32,000 nucleotides of DNA from Methanobacterium formicicum DSM 3637 (GCF_000302455.1 NZ_AMPO01000001.1:353014-385013); one strand, 5' to 3'; shown: positions 1 to 16,594, counted from the stretch's first letter. The notes: generated by a model not told the origin, from the letters alone. A program made the numbers and translations.

Positions 1-42
1 TGTGGAATTAAAGATTTAATTTAAGAAACTTGGAGGGTTAAT

Positions 43-1356
43 ATGAAGATTCTGGTGGTAGGAACTGGAGCAAGAGAACACGCCATTTGTCAGGCGTTAC
101 ATAAAGAAGCTGATATTTATTCAATAATGAGCAATCAAAATCCGGGTATCGCCCGTATCTCCCAATTCAAGATTGGTAGTGAAATGGACATTGAAGGGGT
201 GAAAAAACAGGCCCTGGATTGGAAAGTGGACATGGCCATAATCGGACCAGAAGCACCCCTGGAACACGGAATAGTGGACATGCTCCAGGAAGCGGGCATT
301 CCCTGTGTGGGACCCACACGTCAAGCTGCCAGAATTGAAACAGACAAGGCATTCATGAGGGAGTTATTCACCAAACATAACATCTCCGGATCCATTGCCT
401 ACGGTGCCTTTGACACAGTAGAAGATGCCGGTGAGTTCATCGATGACTTTGGTGATGATGTGGTGGTGAAGCCAGTAGGTTTAACCGGGGGGAAGGGAGT
501 TAAAATCGTAGGTGAACACCTTAAAGACTCAGAAGAAGCTAAAAATTACGTTAAAGAGATTATTGACAATAAAATTGGCGGTCATGCCAGCGTGGTCATA
601 GAAGAACGTCTGGTGGGTGAAGAATTCACAGTACAGGCTCTGGTGGATGGAGATCATTTAATTCCAATGCCAGCAGCTCAGGATCATCCTCATGCCTACG
701 AGGGAGATCAGGGCCCAATAACTGGGGGAATGGGTTCATATTCTGATAAAAATGGTCTTTTACCATTTCTTGAATCAAAAGAGTATGATTCTGCGGTTAA
801 AGTCATGGAAGAAACCATTAATGCAGTTAAAAAAGAGGTAGGTCCTTACAAGGGAGTTTTGTACGGTCAATTCATGTTATGCCGTGACGGACCTAAATTA
901 GTGGAATACAATGCTCGTTTCGGAGATCCAGAAGCCATGAACGTACTGCCACTTTTGGAAACCAGTATGGTAGAATTATGCCAGGGAGTAGTTGACGGAA
1001 ACCTTAAAAAAGCTCATTTCAAGCCACAGGCAACAGTCTGCAAATATCTGGTCCCCAATGGTTATCCTGAAAGTGGAAAATCGGGCCAACCTATTCTGGT
1101 GGATGAAGAAAAGATTAAAGCCGAGGGTGGGCTGGTGTTTTACGCAGCAGTAAACCAAAAAGATGGAAATGTATTAACCACTGGTTCCAGGGCACTGGGC
1201 CTGGTCACCACGGGAGACAGTATCCATGATGCCGAAGAGCGCTGTGAAAGAGCTACCCAGCACGTGCACGGGGACCTGTACCACCGTAGTGATGTGGGAA
1301 CTGATGAAATTATCCTGAAACGTATCCAGCATATGAATGAAATCCGCAAATCATAA
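43..1356 (+). CDS. purD: Phosphoribosylamine--glycine ligase (GAR synthetase)
   Basis: 437-aa ORF. It has the N-terminal [15 protein letters not shown], an ATP-grasp core ([17 protein letters not shown]) and the C-terminal TGSRALG motif typical of PurD. A GGAGGG Shine-Dalgarno-like motif lies just upstream of the ATG. Confidence 0.95.
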   Translation: MKILVVGTGAREHAICQALHKEADIYSIMSNQNPGIARISQFKIGSEMDIEGVKKQALDWKVDMAIIGPEAPLEHGIVDMLQEAGIPCVGPTRQAARIETDKAFMRELFTKHNISGSIAYGAFDTVEDAGEFIDDFGDDVVVKPVGLTGGKGVKIVGEHLKDSEEAKNYVKEIIDNKIGGHASVVIEERLVGEEFTVQALVDGDHLIPMPAAQDHPHAYEGDQGPITGGMGSYSDKNGLLPFLESKEYDSAVKVMEETINAVKKEVGPYKGVLYGQFMLCRDGPKLVEYNARFGDPEAMNVLPLLETSMVELCQGVVDGNLKKAHFKPQATVCKYLVPNGYPESGKSGQPILVDEEKIKAEGGLVFYAAVNQKDGNVLTTGSRALGLVTTGDSIHDAEERCERATQHVHGDLYHRSDVGTDEIILKRIQHMNEIRKS

Positions 1357-1432
1357 ACATCCACAAAAAAATTAGAGTGTAAATAATTCTTCATGAATGG
1401 ATGGAGTAATGTTGAGGGTTAGGGGGGTTTAA

Positions 1433-1996
1433 ATGACCAGATCCAGAAGATACCTGAATAATCTGCCCAATGCTGAAAGAATTAAGCAAATAGCACGCGA
1501 AATACTGGACAATGAGTTGAAACTGGACCAGGCCCTGCAAGACAATGCCCGGATAAAAGCTGAGATTCTAACGCTGGAATCTCAAATTTTATCATTCAAT
1601 ACATGGGAAGACCCTCAAAAAATAAAAAACACAAAGAGTAAGTTAGACCAGTTAGGCAATGGCCTGCAACGGAATGATAAAGAAATTGCTCATCTTAAAG
1701 AGGAGATTTCTAATTCCAAGTCATTAGTAGATGAAGAGATAAGGGAAGGCCTGTCCAAACTTTTTAAAAAGGCAAAATCAAACCGGGATGAAGCACAGCA
1801 GGATATTATCAAACATCAGCAACTGGTAGAAGAAGCCCATAATAGGCTTATGGATAATCCTGCTGAAGAATCTGAAAATCTCCGTGAAGAATGGATTCGG
1901 AATTTGGTAAAGGTCAGTATAGTTGAGGAAAAATTAAAAAACAGTGAAAAAGAGCTTGAGGCGATTAAACGGGTTTACAGGCTTGAATTCGGTTAA
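1433..1996 (+). CDS. Hypothetical coiled-coil protein (Glu/Lys/Leu-rich, no recognisable domain)
   Basis: 187-aa ORF with a G-rich ribosome-binding motif (GGGGGG) upstream. The heptad-like charged composition suggests a coiled coil. No catalytic motifs were recognised. Confidence 0.6.
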   Translation: MTRSRRYLNNLPNAERIKQIAREILDNELKLDQALQDNARIKAEILTLESQILSFNTWEDPQKIKNTKSKLDQLGNGLQRNDKEIAHLKEEISNSKSLVDEEIREGLSKLFKKAKSNRDEAQQDIIKHQQLVEEAHNRLMDNPAEESENLREEWIRNLVKVSIVEEKLKNSEKELEAIKRVYRLEFG

Positions 1997-2090
1997 ATAT
2001 TGCATGTTCTAAGATTTGCTGTGATATTATGAGTTGCTGTGATGTTCGAAAATCATCTCTGTAGAATATCACCAAAAAATTTTATCCTGG

Positions 2091-2127
<37 letters not shown>

Positions 2128-2221
2128 TCTTCAGAAGTAATAACAAACTCATAATAATAAAAACAAAATTATCATTACTTCGCTATCAATTTTTATTTAA
2201 AAATAAGGATTAACTTAAGGG

Positions 2222-3136
2222 ATGAGTTATATGAAACATCTTTTATCCGCGCAAGACGCGCGAAACCATCTGGATGAAATACTGGAAAAAGCAGAAGAGT
2301 TTAAAAAAGGACAAGGACCTGAAAAACCATTAAAAGGCAAATCACTGGCTATGGTTTTTGAAAAATCTTCAACCAGAACCAGGATATCCTTCGAAGTTGG
2401 TATGTACCAGTTAGGTGGACATCCACTGTATTTATCCGCTTCAGACCTTCAGCTAGGGCGAGGAGAGATCATTCCGGACACTGCACGGGCAATGAGTCGT
2501 TATGTAGATGGAATTATGATCAGGGCACGTGAGCACGATGATGTCCTCCAGTTTGCCAAGTACGCAGATATCCCGGTGATAAATGGTTTAACCAATCTAG
2601 AACACCCCTGCCAGGCCTTTACTGATATTTTCACCATACTGGAGCGCAAAAACACTTTAGACCTTAAGATGACATTTATGGGTGATGGGAACAACGTATG
2701 TAACTCTCTATTGCTGGCAACAGCCATGGTGGGCATGGATTTCACTGTAGCCTGTCCTCCAGGTTATGAGCCTGATCAGGTTATTTTAGAAGAGGCAGAG
2801 AAGATTGCTGAAAAATCAGGTTCAGTTATTAAAATCACCAGTGATGTTGCAGAAGCAGTTAAGGATGCTGATGTAATTTACACTGATGTATGGGTTAGTA
2901 TGGGTGATGAAGCCGAAGAAGCCCAGAGAATAAAAGACATGCATGATTATCAGGTTAACCAGGATATCCTGGCAATGGCTGCCGAGGATGCTATGGTCCT
3001 GCACTGTCTCCCTGCTATAAGGGGTCAGGAAATAACTGAAGAAGTTTTAAATGGTCCGCAATCAGCTGTGTGGGATCAGGCTGAGAACCGTTTACATGTG
3101 CAAAAAGCTATAATGTACCTCTTAATGAAGAGTTGA
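2222..3136 (+). CDS. argF: Ornithine carbamoyltransferase
   Basis: Carries STRTRISFE (carbamoyl-phosphate site), EHPCQAF, DVWVSMG (ornithine-specific) and HCLPA motifs. The true start may be the second ATG at 2231 (MKHLL...). Confidence 0.93.
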   Translation: MSYMKHLLSAQDARNHLDEILEKAEEFKKGQGPEKPLKGKSLAMVFEKSSTRTRISFEVGMYQLGGHPLYLSASDLQLGRGEIIPDTARAMSRYVDGIMIRAREHDDVLQFAKYADIPVINGLTNLEHPCQAFTDIFTILERKNTLDLKMTFMGDGNNVCNSLLLATAMVGMDFTVACPPGYEPDQVILEEAEKIAEKSGSVIKITSDVAEAVKDADVIYTDVWVSMGDEAEEAQRIKDMHDYQVNQDILAMAAEDAMVLHCLPAIRGQEITEEVLNGPQSAVWDQAENRLHVQKAIMYLLMKS

Positions 3137-3194
3137 AGAAAATTTGAATTTACTCTGTGTGAATTTGTTAAGGTTACCAATTTTCATTAAAAAA

Positions 3195-3243
3195 CACTAT
3201 TCCAAAAACACTATTCCAAAAATAGTTAATGATAGCTATCATT
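3195..3243. repeat. Perfect 14-bp tandem duplication (CACTATTCCAAAAA x2, 3195-3222) followed by the perfect 16-bp palindrome AATGATAGCTATCATT (3228-3243)
   Basis: Read directly. Both lie in the convergent gap between the argF and TetR 3' ends. Confidence 0.8.
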
Positions 3244-3311
3244 GTGAGAAATGGAAAGATTTAAAAAAACTTTAAAAAAATAAAAGCGGAAAAAATAGGT
3301 GGAAAATGAGA

Positions 3312-3884
3312 TTATACTTCCAGGCATCTGGAATGATAATCTATAAATTCTTCAACAGCTTTGTCCAAATCAAAATACGCCTGTCCTGTTTTTCGGTTAA
3401 GAGTGATGAAATACAGGAAGCTCAAGATCATGTAGGCCAGCACAGTAGGATCCACATTTTTTTGAGGGAATATTTCTTCCAGGAACTTAGACAGATGCAG
3501 TATGAAGATTTCAGTAATGGAATTGGAAACATTGTCTCGTTCATAAACGATTATATTCACGTATTCAAAGTTTTTATCAACTAAATCCACTAAATTTAGG
3601 ATTAAGGATTTGAATTGGGTTTTAGGGTCTGTTACTTCCTCATCTAGAACCAGTAGGGAATTAACATCTTCCATTACCCTCTGTTTGTTTACAGTTAGAA
3701 CCTTATTAAAAAGATTTTCTTTTGTTTCGAACTTTCTAAAAAGGGTCATCTCAGTAAAACCAGACTTTTCGGCGATTATTCTGGTTCTAGCACCAGTATA
3801 ACCATTTTCTGAGAAAACTTTTAAAGCAGCGTCTAATATTTTTTGTTCAGTATTAGTAGACATTAAATACATCCCTTGAAACAT
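3312..3884 (-). CDS. TetR/AcrR-family transcriptional regulator
   Basis: The N-terminal HTH signature [45 protein letters not shown] is typical of TetR_N. The start is more likely Met8 (3863, MSTNTEQ), which has an AGGGA motif upstream. Confidence 0.85.
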   Translation of the reverse strand: MFQGMYLMSTNTEQKILDAALKVFSENGYTGARTRIIAEKSGFTEMTLFRKFETKENLFNKVLTVNKQRVMEDVNSLLVLDEEVTDPKTQFKSLILNLVDLVDKNFEYVNIIVYERDNVSNSITEIFILHLSKFLEEIFPQKNVDPTVLAYMILSFLYFITLNRKTGQAYFDLDKAVEEFIDYHSRCLEV

Positions 3885-3911
3885 TTTCTTAAATAAATTT
3901 GTTTTAATGTT

Positions 3912-3948
3912 TTATAATAATCTTATAATAATCAACAGCTTAATAATC
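3912..3948. promoter_or_regulatory. Tandem 11-mers TTATAATAATC x2 plus a third partial copy, 28-65 bp upstream of the TetR ORF start
   Basis: Copies at 3912-3922 and 3923-3933 are perfect, and 3940-3948 reads TTAATAATC. The TATA-like content suggests promoter and/or operator overlap. Confidence 0.4.
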
Positions 3949-4021
3949 ATCACCTAATTCTACATTTTAAGAATCAGCTAATTATATCAAGATGTGTTCT
4001 CTATATTCAATTACTTTAATA

Positions 4022-4060
4022 AAGGTTTAAGAACCTTAATTTAATAAGGTTTAGAACCTT
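4022..4060. promoter_or_regulatory. Two adjacent copies of the inverted repeat AAGGTT-N3/4-AACCTT
   Basis: Copies at 4022-4037 and 4046-4060. They lie 42-80 bp downstream of the argS stop and 138-176 bp upstream of the TetR start. They could be terminator hairpins or operator sites. Confidence 0.4.
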
Positions 4061-4101
4061 AACTTGCATCATAAGTATTCTCTCTTATTCTTATCCACTA
4101 C

Positions 4102-5796
4102 TCACATTGATACCGGGGCTTCTATTCCCAGTAGATCAAGGCAATTTCTAATGGTTATGCGGGATTTGTCTACCATGAGAAGTCTTAAGAATTCTTTTTC
4201 AGATCCAATCACTGGAACTGATTTATAAAATTTATTGAAGGCACCAGCCACTTCAAGGGCGTACTGGGCCACAGAATGAACTCTCAGGTCTCTAGCTGAA
4301 TCTTCAATAACGGTACTGAATTTAGCCAGGGTTTTTAAGAGGTCGACTTCCAGTGTATCCAGATCATGGAAGTTCAAAGTATCCATTTTTACCTCTGATG
4401 GAGTGAATCCGCCTGCTTTTTCCAGTAATTTACATGCTCGGGCATGAGCATACTGGATAGATGCACATCCTCTTTCAAAACTTAATGCTTCATCCCATTT
4501 AAATACAATGTGCTTTTCTGGGGATAATCGTGCAATATAATAGCGTATAGCTCCCACACCGATGATTTTTGCAATTTTCTTTTTCTCATCTTCACCCAGT
4601 TCCGGTCTTCGCTCATCCAGTTCTACCCTGGCCCTCTGGGTGGCTTCGTCTATCAGCTCATCCACACTGATGAACACTCCCCTCCGAGTGGACATGGATC
4701 CTTCAGGCAGGGTGATGAACTCGTAGAAAATAACATCCGGACTTTTTCCCCCTAATAAGCCCAGGGCAATTTTTAACTGGTCAATGGCCAGTTTATGATC
4801 CGAACCCAGAACATCCACCACCTGATCTGAGTTTTCAGATTTTTGCAAGTGATAGGCCAAGTCTCGGGTACTGTAAAGGGATGTTCCATCTGAACGGGTT
4901 AAAATAAGTTCTTTTTCAATTCCGTAATCAGTAAGATCCAGGTAGAGCACATCATTTTGTTTGGTGTATTCATCCAGGGTTTCCAGTATTTTCTTCATTG
5001 AACCGTCCCTGACAAACTGGCTCTCCCATACGAATGCGTCGTGGGTGATGTTCATACGGCGGGAAGTATTTTCCACCCCTTCCAGGCAATTACTAACCAC
5101 TTCCTTAAACATTGATTCCAGTTCCGGGGGGTTTTCTTCCTCGTATGTTTTAAGGATAGAATCTATCTGGCTTTTAATTTCTGGATTTGCTTTTAATTTC
5201 TGGTTAACCTGGAAGTAAAGTTTCCCTATCTCCACATCTTTCTTTCCATCAGGATCCATCTGGTAGTCCAGGTTTTGAAGTCCCCAAACGATCATGGCTA
5301 TCTGTCGTCCCATATCATTAACGTAGTACTGGGTTTCCACCTGGAAACCAGCTGCTCTAAGAACTCGGGCCAGTGAATCGCCTATAATTGCGTTTCTGAT
5401 GTGTCCAATGTGTAATGGTCCGTTGGGATTGGCAGAAGTGTGCTCCAGGATTACTTTTTCTTGCTTGTTTTCCAGAGCACCGTAGTCTTCCTGAATTGAT
5501 TCAAGAACCATCCGTGAGAACATTTCCGGGTCAAAGAAAAAGTTAACATAGGGTCCTTTGGATTCTACTTTTTTAAAAGGAGGTATAATTTCAATGTTAC
5601 CTGAAATGTTTTGTGAAATCTCCACTGGAGATTTTTTAAGTGATGAAGCTAATTGAAAAGCCACGGAAGTGGCCAGATCACCCATATTGGAGTTGGGTGG
5701 TACTTCAAATTTGATTTCAGAGGGTTCTTCCCATCCGAGATCTTGAATTGTTTTTTTCACGGATTGAATAGCATATTGTTCCAGTTTTCTGTACAT
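4102..5796 (-). CDS. argS: Arginine--tRNA ligase
   Basis: 564 aa with a class I HIGH motif ([18 protein letters not shown]) and overall ArgRS architecture, including a C-terminal anticodon-binding region. AAGGTGA RBS upstream. Confidence 0.95.
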   Translation of the reverse strand: MYRKLEQYAIQSVKKTIQDLGWEEPSEIKFEVPPNSNMGDLATSVAFQLASSLKKSPVEISQNISGNIEIIPPFKKVESKGPYVNFFFDPEMFSRMVLESIQEDYGALENKQEKVILEHTSANPNGPLHIGHIRNAIIGDSLARVLRAAGFQVETQYYVNDMGRQIAMIVWGLQNLDYQMDPDGKKDVEIGKLYFQVNQKLKANPEIKSQIDSILKTYEEENPPELESMFKEVVSNCLEGVENTSRRMNITHDAFVWESQFVRDGSMKKILETLDEYTKQNDVLYLDLTDYGIEKELILTRSDGTSLYSTRDLAYHLQKSENSDQVVDVLGSDHKLAIDQLKIALGLLGGKSPDVIFYEFITLPEGSMSTRRGVFISVDELIDEATQRARVELDERRPELGEDEKKKIAKIIGVGAIRYYIARLSPEKHIVFKWDEALSFERGCASIQYAHARACKLLEKAGGFTPSEVKMDTLNFHDLDTLEVDLLKTLAKFSTVIEDSARDLRVHSVAQYALEVAGAFNKFYKSVPVIGSEKEFLRLLMVDKSRITIRNCLDLLGIEAPVSM

Positions 5797-5939
5797 GAAT
5801 TCACCTTGTAAGTGGGAGTTTTTTTGATAATAGTGGTTAATTTTATGATAATCAATTTTTTTATTGTAGGTGTATGATATTAGTAGATTGATTTAGTTTA
5901 GTAAATTAATTTAGTGGATTGTAAAATAAAGCAGAATCA

Positions 5940-5955
5940 GTGGATTATAATCCAC
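5940..5955. other. Perfect 16-bp palindrome GTGGATTATAATCCAC overlapping the stop codon of the signal peptidase gene
   Basis: Read directly. On the minus strand a T-rich tract follows it, which is compatible with a terminator ahead of the argS promoter region. Confidence 0.4.
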
Positions 5956-6433
5956 GGATCCATAGGGTTATGTAACCAATTTTAGGGATTACCAGGGGCT
6001 GGTTACCAATACTCACTACTTTGGCCTGTACCTGTCCTGTTGAAACCAAACTCGGGTCTGGTTTGGGATTATTATCTCCCTTGGTAACGTAATATTTTTG
6101 TCCATCCGATCCGGTCTGAATGCTGATTATACGATGGATAACAGGTTCAGGGAACCAGGTGGCATTGTATATGATAATATCTCCTACATTCAGATCAGTG
6201 GGGTTAACTTCCTGGATACCAAACAGGTTGGTTTTTTCTATTACCACCACGTCTCCCCGGTAGAAGACTGGTTCCATACTTCCAGAAACCACCACATTCA
6301 GGTGCTGGGCCAGTATAATCCCCACCAGTATGATTATAACATAACTGGCTATTTCCTTTCCCATACTACTGGATTTTTCCTTAGGAGGGGATTTAGGTTT
6401 TTGTTTAACTTTATTATTCCTCTTTTTGGCCAT
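5945..6433 (-). CDS. Signal peptidase I, archaeal/ER Sec11 type (S26B)
   Basis: N-terminal basic region plus one TM helix, GSMEP (Ser nucleophile box), IHR (His box) and a GDNN box. GGGTGG RBS upstream. Confidence 0.8.
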   Translation of the reverse strand: MAKKRNNKVKQKPKSPPKEKSSSMGKEIASYVIIILVGIILAQHLNVVVSGSMEPVFYRGDVVVIEKTNLFGIQEVNPTDLNVGDIIIYNATWFPEPVIHRIISIQTGSDGQKYYVTKGDNNPKPDPSLVSTGQVQAKVVSIGNQPLVIPKIGYITLWIRGL

Positions 6434-6442
6434 TAAACCACC

Positions 6443-8098
6443 CTATTTTAGAACTGCACCTTCATCAGCAGAACTGGCCATTTTACTGTAACGTGCTAAC
6501 CATCCTTTCAATGGTTTTTCAGGGTGTTTGATGTTTTGAAGCCTTTGCTTGATTTCATCTTCATCTACCATGAGTTCCAGTTTCCTCTGGGGTATGTCTA
6601 TTTTTATAATGTCACCATCTTCCACCACGGCAATAGGACCATTACTCATAGCTTCTGGCGAAACATGTCCGATACATGGACCTCGAGTTCCTCCAGAGAA
6701 TCTGCCATCGGTTATGAGTGCAACGGATTTGATTCCCATTCCAGATATTGCCGATGTGGGGTTTAACATTTCCCTCATACCAGGACCCCCACGGGGCCCC
6801 TCGTAACGAATCACAATTACATCCTGTTCCTGGATTTTACCCTCGAATATGGCTTTGGTGGTTTCTTCTTCACTGTTGAAGACTCGGGCTGGGCCCTGGT
6901 GGGTCAACATGTCCGGGTTGACTGCTGCCTGCTTAACCACAGAACCATTGGGGGCAAGATTTCCTTTTAAAACCGCAATACCTCCTTCCTGGTGCACTGG
7001 ATTGTCCAGTGAATGAATAACTGAATCATCCAAAACCTCTGCATCGATGATATTATTGCCGATGGAGTCACCAGTACAGGTAAGAGCTTCTTGAACAATT
7101 TTATCTCCTAAAACTTTTAAAACTGCAGGAATACCTCCTGCTTTGTGCAAGTCCAGCATGGTATGTTTACCTGAAGGGCTGATTGCAGCCAGGTGTGGTA
7201 TTTTCCTGCTGTAATAGTCGAAAAGGTCCAGATTAACTTTAACTCCCTTCTCTTCCAGTTCATGGGCAATGGCTGGTAAGTGTAGGGCGGTGTTACTGGA
7301 TCCTCCCAGTGCCAGATCAACAACAACGGCGTTGTTAAAAGCTTCCTGGCTCATGATCATGGATGGGGTGATGTTTTTTTCCACCAGTTCCATTATTTTC
7401 TCCCCGGATTTTCTGGCCAGCTGGATTTTCTGGGCATCAACTGCATGGGTGGTGGCACAGTAAGGTAGGCTCATTCCCATGGTCTCAGTTAAACAGGCCA
7501 TGCTGTTGGCAGTGAAAAGCCCGGCACAGGATCCTGCACCTGGACAGGCGCAACGTTCCAGTTCGTCCAGTTCTTCTTCACTCATTTTCCCAGCTGAAAC
7601 CTGCCCTACTGCTTCGGAAACGTTTATAAAGTCCACTACTTCTCCTTTGTATTCTCCAGGGAGCATGGGGCCCCCGGTAACTACTATTGCTGGTATGTCC
7701 AGCCGGGCAGCTGCCATGAGCATGCCGGGAACGGTTTTATCACAGGTTGGTATAAGGACCAGAGCATCTAAACTGTGGGCTTGGGCCATACTTTCCACAG
7801 TGTCCGCCACAATTTCCCTGCTGGCCAGTGAATAGCGCATTCCGTCGTGATTCATGGAAATTCCATCACAAATAGCCATGGTGCTGAACTCGAAAGGCAC
7901 ACCTCCAGCCTGATTTATTCCCATTTTAACTGCATCTGCAATCTGTTTTAAATGGAGATGTCCTGGAACTATGTCGGTAAAACTGTTAGCTATTCCAATG
8001 AATGGTTTATCCATTTCAGAATCGGTTACTCCACAAGCCCTTAAAAGGGAACGGTGGGGGGCTCTATGGATACCCTTTTTTATGTTATCACTTCTCAT
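6443..8098 (-). CDS. ilvD: Dihydroxy-acid dehydratase
   Basis: 551 aa with the IlvD/Edd signatures [26 protein letters not shown] and [19 protein letters not shown] upstream. Confidence 0.95.
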   Translation of the reverse strand: MRSDNIKKGIHRAPHRSLLRACGVTDSEMDKPFIGIANSFTDIVPGHLHLKQIADAVKMGINQAGGVPFEFSTMAICDGISMNHDGMRYSLASREIVADTVESMAQAHSLDALVLIPTCDKTVPGMLMAAARLDIPAIVVTGGPMLPGEYKGEVVDFINVSEAVGQVSAGKMSEEELDELERCACPGAGSCAGLFTANSMACLTETMGMSLPYCATTHAVDAQKIQLARKSGEKIMELVEKNITPSMIMSQEAFNNAVVVDLALGGSSNTALHLPAIAHELEEKGVKVNLDLFDYYSRKIPHLAAISPSGKHTMLDLHKAGGIPAVLKVLGDKIVQEALTCTGDSIGNNIIDAEVLDDSVIHSLDNPVHQEGGIAVLKGNLAPNGSVVKQAAVNPDMLTHQGPARVFNSEEETTKAIFEGKIQEQDVIVIRYEGPRGGPGMREMLNPTSAISGMGIKSVALITDGRFSGGTRGPCIGHVSPEAMSNGPIAVVEDGDIIKIDIPQRKLELMVDEDEIKQRLQNIKHPEKPLKGWLARYSKMASSADEGAVLK

Positions 8099-8528
8099 CC
8101 AATCACCTGTGATTTAGTAAAATAAAATATTGCAAACTTATAATGTTATAAATATTGTCACAACAGCTTTTTAAATGCTATCTCTTTTTAGGGATTGAAT
8201 TATGAAGTGTATGAAACAGCATATTATCATGTTATTTCATGATTACGGATAAATAAATTCATAAATTGGTCAAATTAATGTTATTAACTTTATTTTTACT
8301 TAATATTAAATGAATGGCCTATTATAAGTTTATCCTGGTGAAATCATTCTCCTATTGAACTAATTTTATGGTAAAGGGTAAGTCCATTTTTAATTTAAGA
8401 GGTAGCTTATAAATAACATCAAGACAGAATTTTATTCTTAAGGTTAAGTTCTAAAAAAGATAATGGTTAACATAGGTAATAGGTTAACTCAATCATATAA
8501 TTAACTGAGTTTATATTAAGGTGGTAGT

Positions 8529-10370
<1,842 letters not shown>

Positions 10371-10387
10371 ATTTAGATCATCTAAAT
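10371..10387 (+). terminator. Palindrome ATTTAGAT-C-ATCTAAAT immediately after the thrS stop, followed by T-runs
   Basis: The arms are 8 bp. T6 and T8 runs follow within 70 nt. Confidence 0.35.
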
Positions 10388-10596
10388 TTAAGTTAACTTT
10401 TAAACATTTTTTAAACACTTCAGGTTTTTTTTAAGTGTAAGCCTATAATTTACAAGAAAAATACGTTCTTCTAGGAGGATATCATCTTTTTACGGACGTG
10501 TTCTCAACAGAACGTACTTCTTTAGAAGAATATGTTTCCTTAAATAAAGAATATGTTCCTTTAAAATTACTGGTAAAGTAGTGGGAGATAAATGCA

Positions 10597-11802
<1,206 letters not shown>

Positions 11803-11937
11803 ATAAAGTTTAAATTTTTATTTTATTTTTTTTTCAGATTTTCATTTTTAATCATTGAGTACACATATTCCCCAAATTTTTTTCATGTCTTTCGTCCCTT
11901 TGAATTTAATTATATTGTATATGGAAACTTTAAATAT

Positions 11938-11979
11938 TATAACTTATAACTTATACTTAATAACTTATAATTTATAAGA
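11938..11979. repeat. Six contiguous 7-bp units: TATAACT TATAACT TATACTT AATAACT TATAATT TATAAGA
   Basis: Read directly, with unit starts at 11938, 11945, 11952, 11959, 11966 and 11973. The array lies 81-122 bp upstream of the parA-like ATG. Confidence 0.85.
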
Positions 11980-12059
11980 AAACAGCCCATACATACAGTC
12001 TGTATCAAAAAATTTAAAAAAAATACAATTGGATTTTAAAAAATAATTGGAGAACCATT

Positions 12060-12844
12060 ATGGCAGAAGTAATATCTATACTCAATCAGAAGGGTGGTTG
12101 CGGTAAAACCACCACTGCGGTAAACCTTTCAGCGGCATTAGCACTTTTAGGGAAAAAAGTTCTGGTAATTGACATGGACCCTCAGGCCAATGCCACCACT
12201 GCATTTGGGGTGGAGAAAAACGAGGAAAATTCAGTTTACAGGGTTTTAACTGGTGAACAAACCGTAGGGGAGGCAATTGTTTCCACTGAAATTTCCCAAT
12301 TGGACCTTCTTCCCAGTCATATCTCACTCAGCGGGGCTGAAATAGAGCTCAGTAAAGATATTGGATTCCCATTCATATTAAAAGAATCCATGGATGGTCT
12401 TCTGGATGATTATGATTATGTTCTGCTGGATGTGCCTCCTTCTCTTGGTATTCTAACCATAAATGCCCTGGTAGCTGCAGATAGTGTTATCATACCTATC
12501 CAGGCCGAATTTTATGCCCTGGAGGGAATGGCTGATCTTTTAGATGCCATGAAACTGGTTGAAAGTCGTCTAAACAGTCCTTCGCCAATAAAGGGAATAT
12601 TAATCACCCTCTATGATTCTCGCACTCGACTGGGTAGGGATGTTTACCAGAATGTAAAACAGTACTTCGGTGATACTGAATACATTTTTAAAACCACTAT
12701 CCCTCGGAATGTTAAACTGGCCGAAGCCCCCAGCCATGGGAAGCCCTGTATTATTTATGATGATGAATGTATAGGAACTGAAGCCTACAATGACCTTGCC
12801 AAGGAATTTTTATCACTAAATGAATCTGATGGGGAGGGCAATAA

Positions 12845-12848
<4 letters not shown>
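12060..12848 (+). CDS. parA: ParA/Soj-type partition ATPase (deviant Walker A)
   Basis: Deviant Walker A NQKGGCGKTTTAVNL, followed by VLVIDMDPQANAT, LLDVPPSLG and TIPRNVKLAEAPSHGKP. By eye it is collinear with bacterial chromosomal Soj. There is no N-terminal HTH extension. GGAGA RBS upstream. Confidence 0.9.
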
Positions 12849-13273
<425 letters not shown>

Positions 13274-13274
13274 A

Positions 13275-13358
<84 letters not shown>

Positions 13359-13637
13359 TATTTTTTGATCCTAGGTGGGGTTTCTTATTTTTTTGGGGGT
13401 GAATTATAATTTACAAATTTTAAGGTGTAATTTAACTTATTGGTGCAATTTTGACACTTATAAAACAGTTTAATAAAAAATATAGTAAAAAAATCCAGTA
13501 AATTATAAAAAAATCCAGTATATTTAAAAGTATATTAAAAATTCAGTATAATGATACAATTTAAACAAGTAAAATAATCAAATTTAAACACGTAATGATT
13601 CAACTTAAAAAAATAATTCCTTAAAATGGTAGTATTT

Positions 13638-14762
13638 TTAAAAAGACAGTGTGGTCTGTCTGGCATGGTTCAACTGGATGAATGGCTCAGCCCTTTTGGT
13701 CACCACACCTAAATTCTTAAGCTCTTCCATTTTGTTGAATTTCACTCCTTTTCTACGGGCATCGGTGATCCTCTGGGCAGATTTTTTTCCTACTCCAGGG
13801 ATACGCATCAACTGTTTAAAACTGGCTTCATTTACCTCCACCGGGAATTCTTCTGGGTGAGATTTTGCCCAGAGCAATTTAGGATCTTCATTCAGGAGAA
13901 TGAAACCATCATCATCCAGAATAATCTCATTCAGTGAAAAACCATATGAATTCAGAAGAAACTGAGCTTGATAAAGGCGGGGGGTTCTTTTCTCTTCAGG
14001 TTTAGTGTGATCAGATAGTGGAGTTTCTTTAAGAGGTTCGAAAGGACTTAGATAACTTAAATTGATATTTAAATGTTTATGGAGCCATTGGGCTCGTTTC
14101 AGAACATCCTGATCAGTTTCATTATTTGCACCGACGATTATCTGTGTGCTCTGACCAGATGGGACCATTTCAGGATGACGTTTCTTCAGGCGACCGATCC
14201 ATTTCATTCTCCGCAGGACATCGTTATGGTAATCTTTGGTGCTGGTGAGTTCCTGGAAACCTGATTCAGTGGCGGATTCAAGGTTCACACTCACCCTGTC
14301 TGCCAGGTTCATGGCCCTTTTAATCATATCATAAGAAGCCCCTGGAATTACCTTAAGGTGTATGTAACCCTGATATTCATACTCCAAACGCAGTTTACGT
14401 GCTACCTCCACCATATTCTCCATGGCCACATCAGCATCCCCTGGCATTCCTGAACTTAAAAAAAGCCCTTCAGCGTAGTGATTCTGATAGTAATGAAGAA
14501 AAACGGATATTAACTCTTCTGGTGAAAATTCAATCCTGTTAAAACGGTTATGGCAGTGGTTGATACAGTAGTTGCAGTCACTGGTGCAGTGGTTGCTCAT
14601 AAGAACCTTAAATAGTGGAACCTGACAACCACCTTGAGTTCGGGCATGATAAATCCCTGGCAGGTTTACTGATGTGAAATTCTCCTTATTCAGACTCACA
14701 TAGTTACAGAGGTCGTATTGAGAGGCTTCACCCAGAATACGCAGTTTTTCTATCTCCATCAT
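13638..14762 (-). CDS. Radical SAM protein with C-terminal helix-hairpin-helix (putative DNA modification/repair radical SAM family)
   Basis: The CTSDCNYC motif is a CxxxCxxC radical SAM cluster site. The C-terminal [14 protein letters not shown] is an HhH DNA-binding motif. No clear SD motif upstream. Confidence 0.85.
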   Translation of the reverse strand: MMEIEKLRILGEASQYDLCNYVSLNKENFTSVNLPGIYHARTQGGCQVPLFKVLMSNHCTSDCNYCINHCHNRFNRIEFSPEELISVFLHYYQNHYAEGLFLSSGMPGDADVAMENMVEVARKLRLEYEYQGYIHLKVIPGASYDMIKRAMNLADRVSVNLESATESGFQELTSTKDYHNDVLRRMKWIGRLKKRHPEMVPSGQSTQIIVGANNETDQDVLKRAQWLHKHLNINLSYLSPFEPLKETPLSDHTKPEEKRTPRLYQAQFLLNSYGFSLNEIILDDDGFILLNEDPKLLWAKSHPEEFPVEVNEASFKQLMRIPGVGKKSAQRITDARRKGVKFNKMEELKNLGVVTKRAEPFIQLNHARQTTLSF

Positions 14763-14928
14763 TTATTATGTGTGGGCCAAGATTAATAAAAATTTAGAAA
14801 GAGCAGATGCGAAGTAAACGCATGGTCTTCCGAATTGAAGATTTAAGATCTTACTAGATTCAAGTTTTTACCATAGTCTTTCAAATCTGTCACCACTTTT
14901 ATTATAAAAGACAGTTCTTATTAGAAAT

Positions 14929-16281
<1,353 letters not shown>

Positions 16282-16442
16282 ATTCAAAGTTGATTATCAG
16301 AATATAAAGTTTAGATTGTTAAAATCTAATTTTCAAATTTAAAATTTTACAATTATTTATTCTTTTTGAATTTTTCAGAATTTTTTTTTAAGATAAATTT
16401 CGCCCCTAATTCCAAAAAAATGTTGTTTTAAAGGTTTTAATT

Positions 16443-16594
16443 TTTCTACTGTAGAAATATTTTTGGATAATTTATTGGACATTCTTGCAATATGGTCATT
16501 TTTTCATTAAAAATAAAGAATTTTTTCTACTGTAGACTACTGGTCCTGTTATGGGGTTTTCCTTCTAGAGTAATTTTTTCTACAGTAGAAAAAA
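16443..16594. promoter_or_regulatory. Three copies of the palindrome TTTCTAC-N-GTAGAAA; function unknown, operator-like
   Basis: Site 1 is 16443-16457 (TTTCTACTGTAGAAA). Site 2 is 16524-16537 (TTTCTACTGTAGAC, degenerate right arm). Site 3 is 16574-16594 (TTTTTTCTACAGTAGAAAAAA, perfect 10-bp arms). Centres are 81 and 53 bp apart. Confidence 0.5.

Noticed and set aside
3306-3584. 92-aa plus-strand ORF (and the 3610-3801 ORF)
   Set aside because: Both are antisense to the TetR regulator, which has a clear HTH signature.
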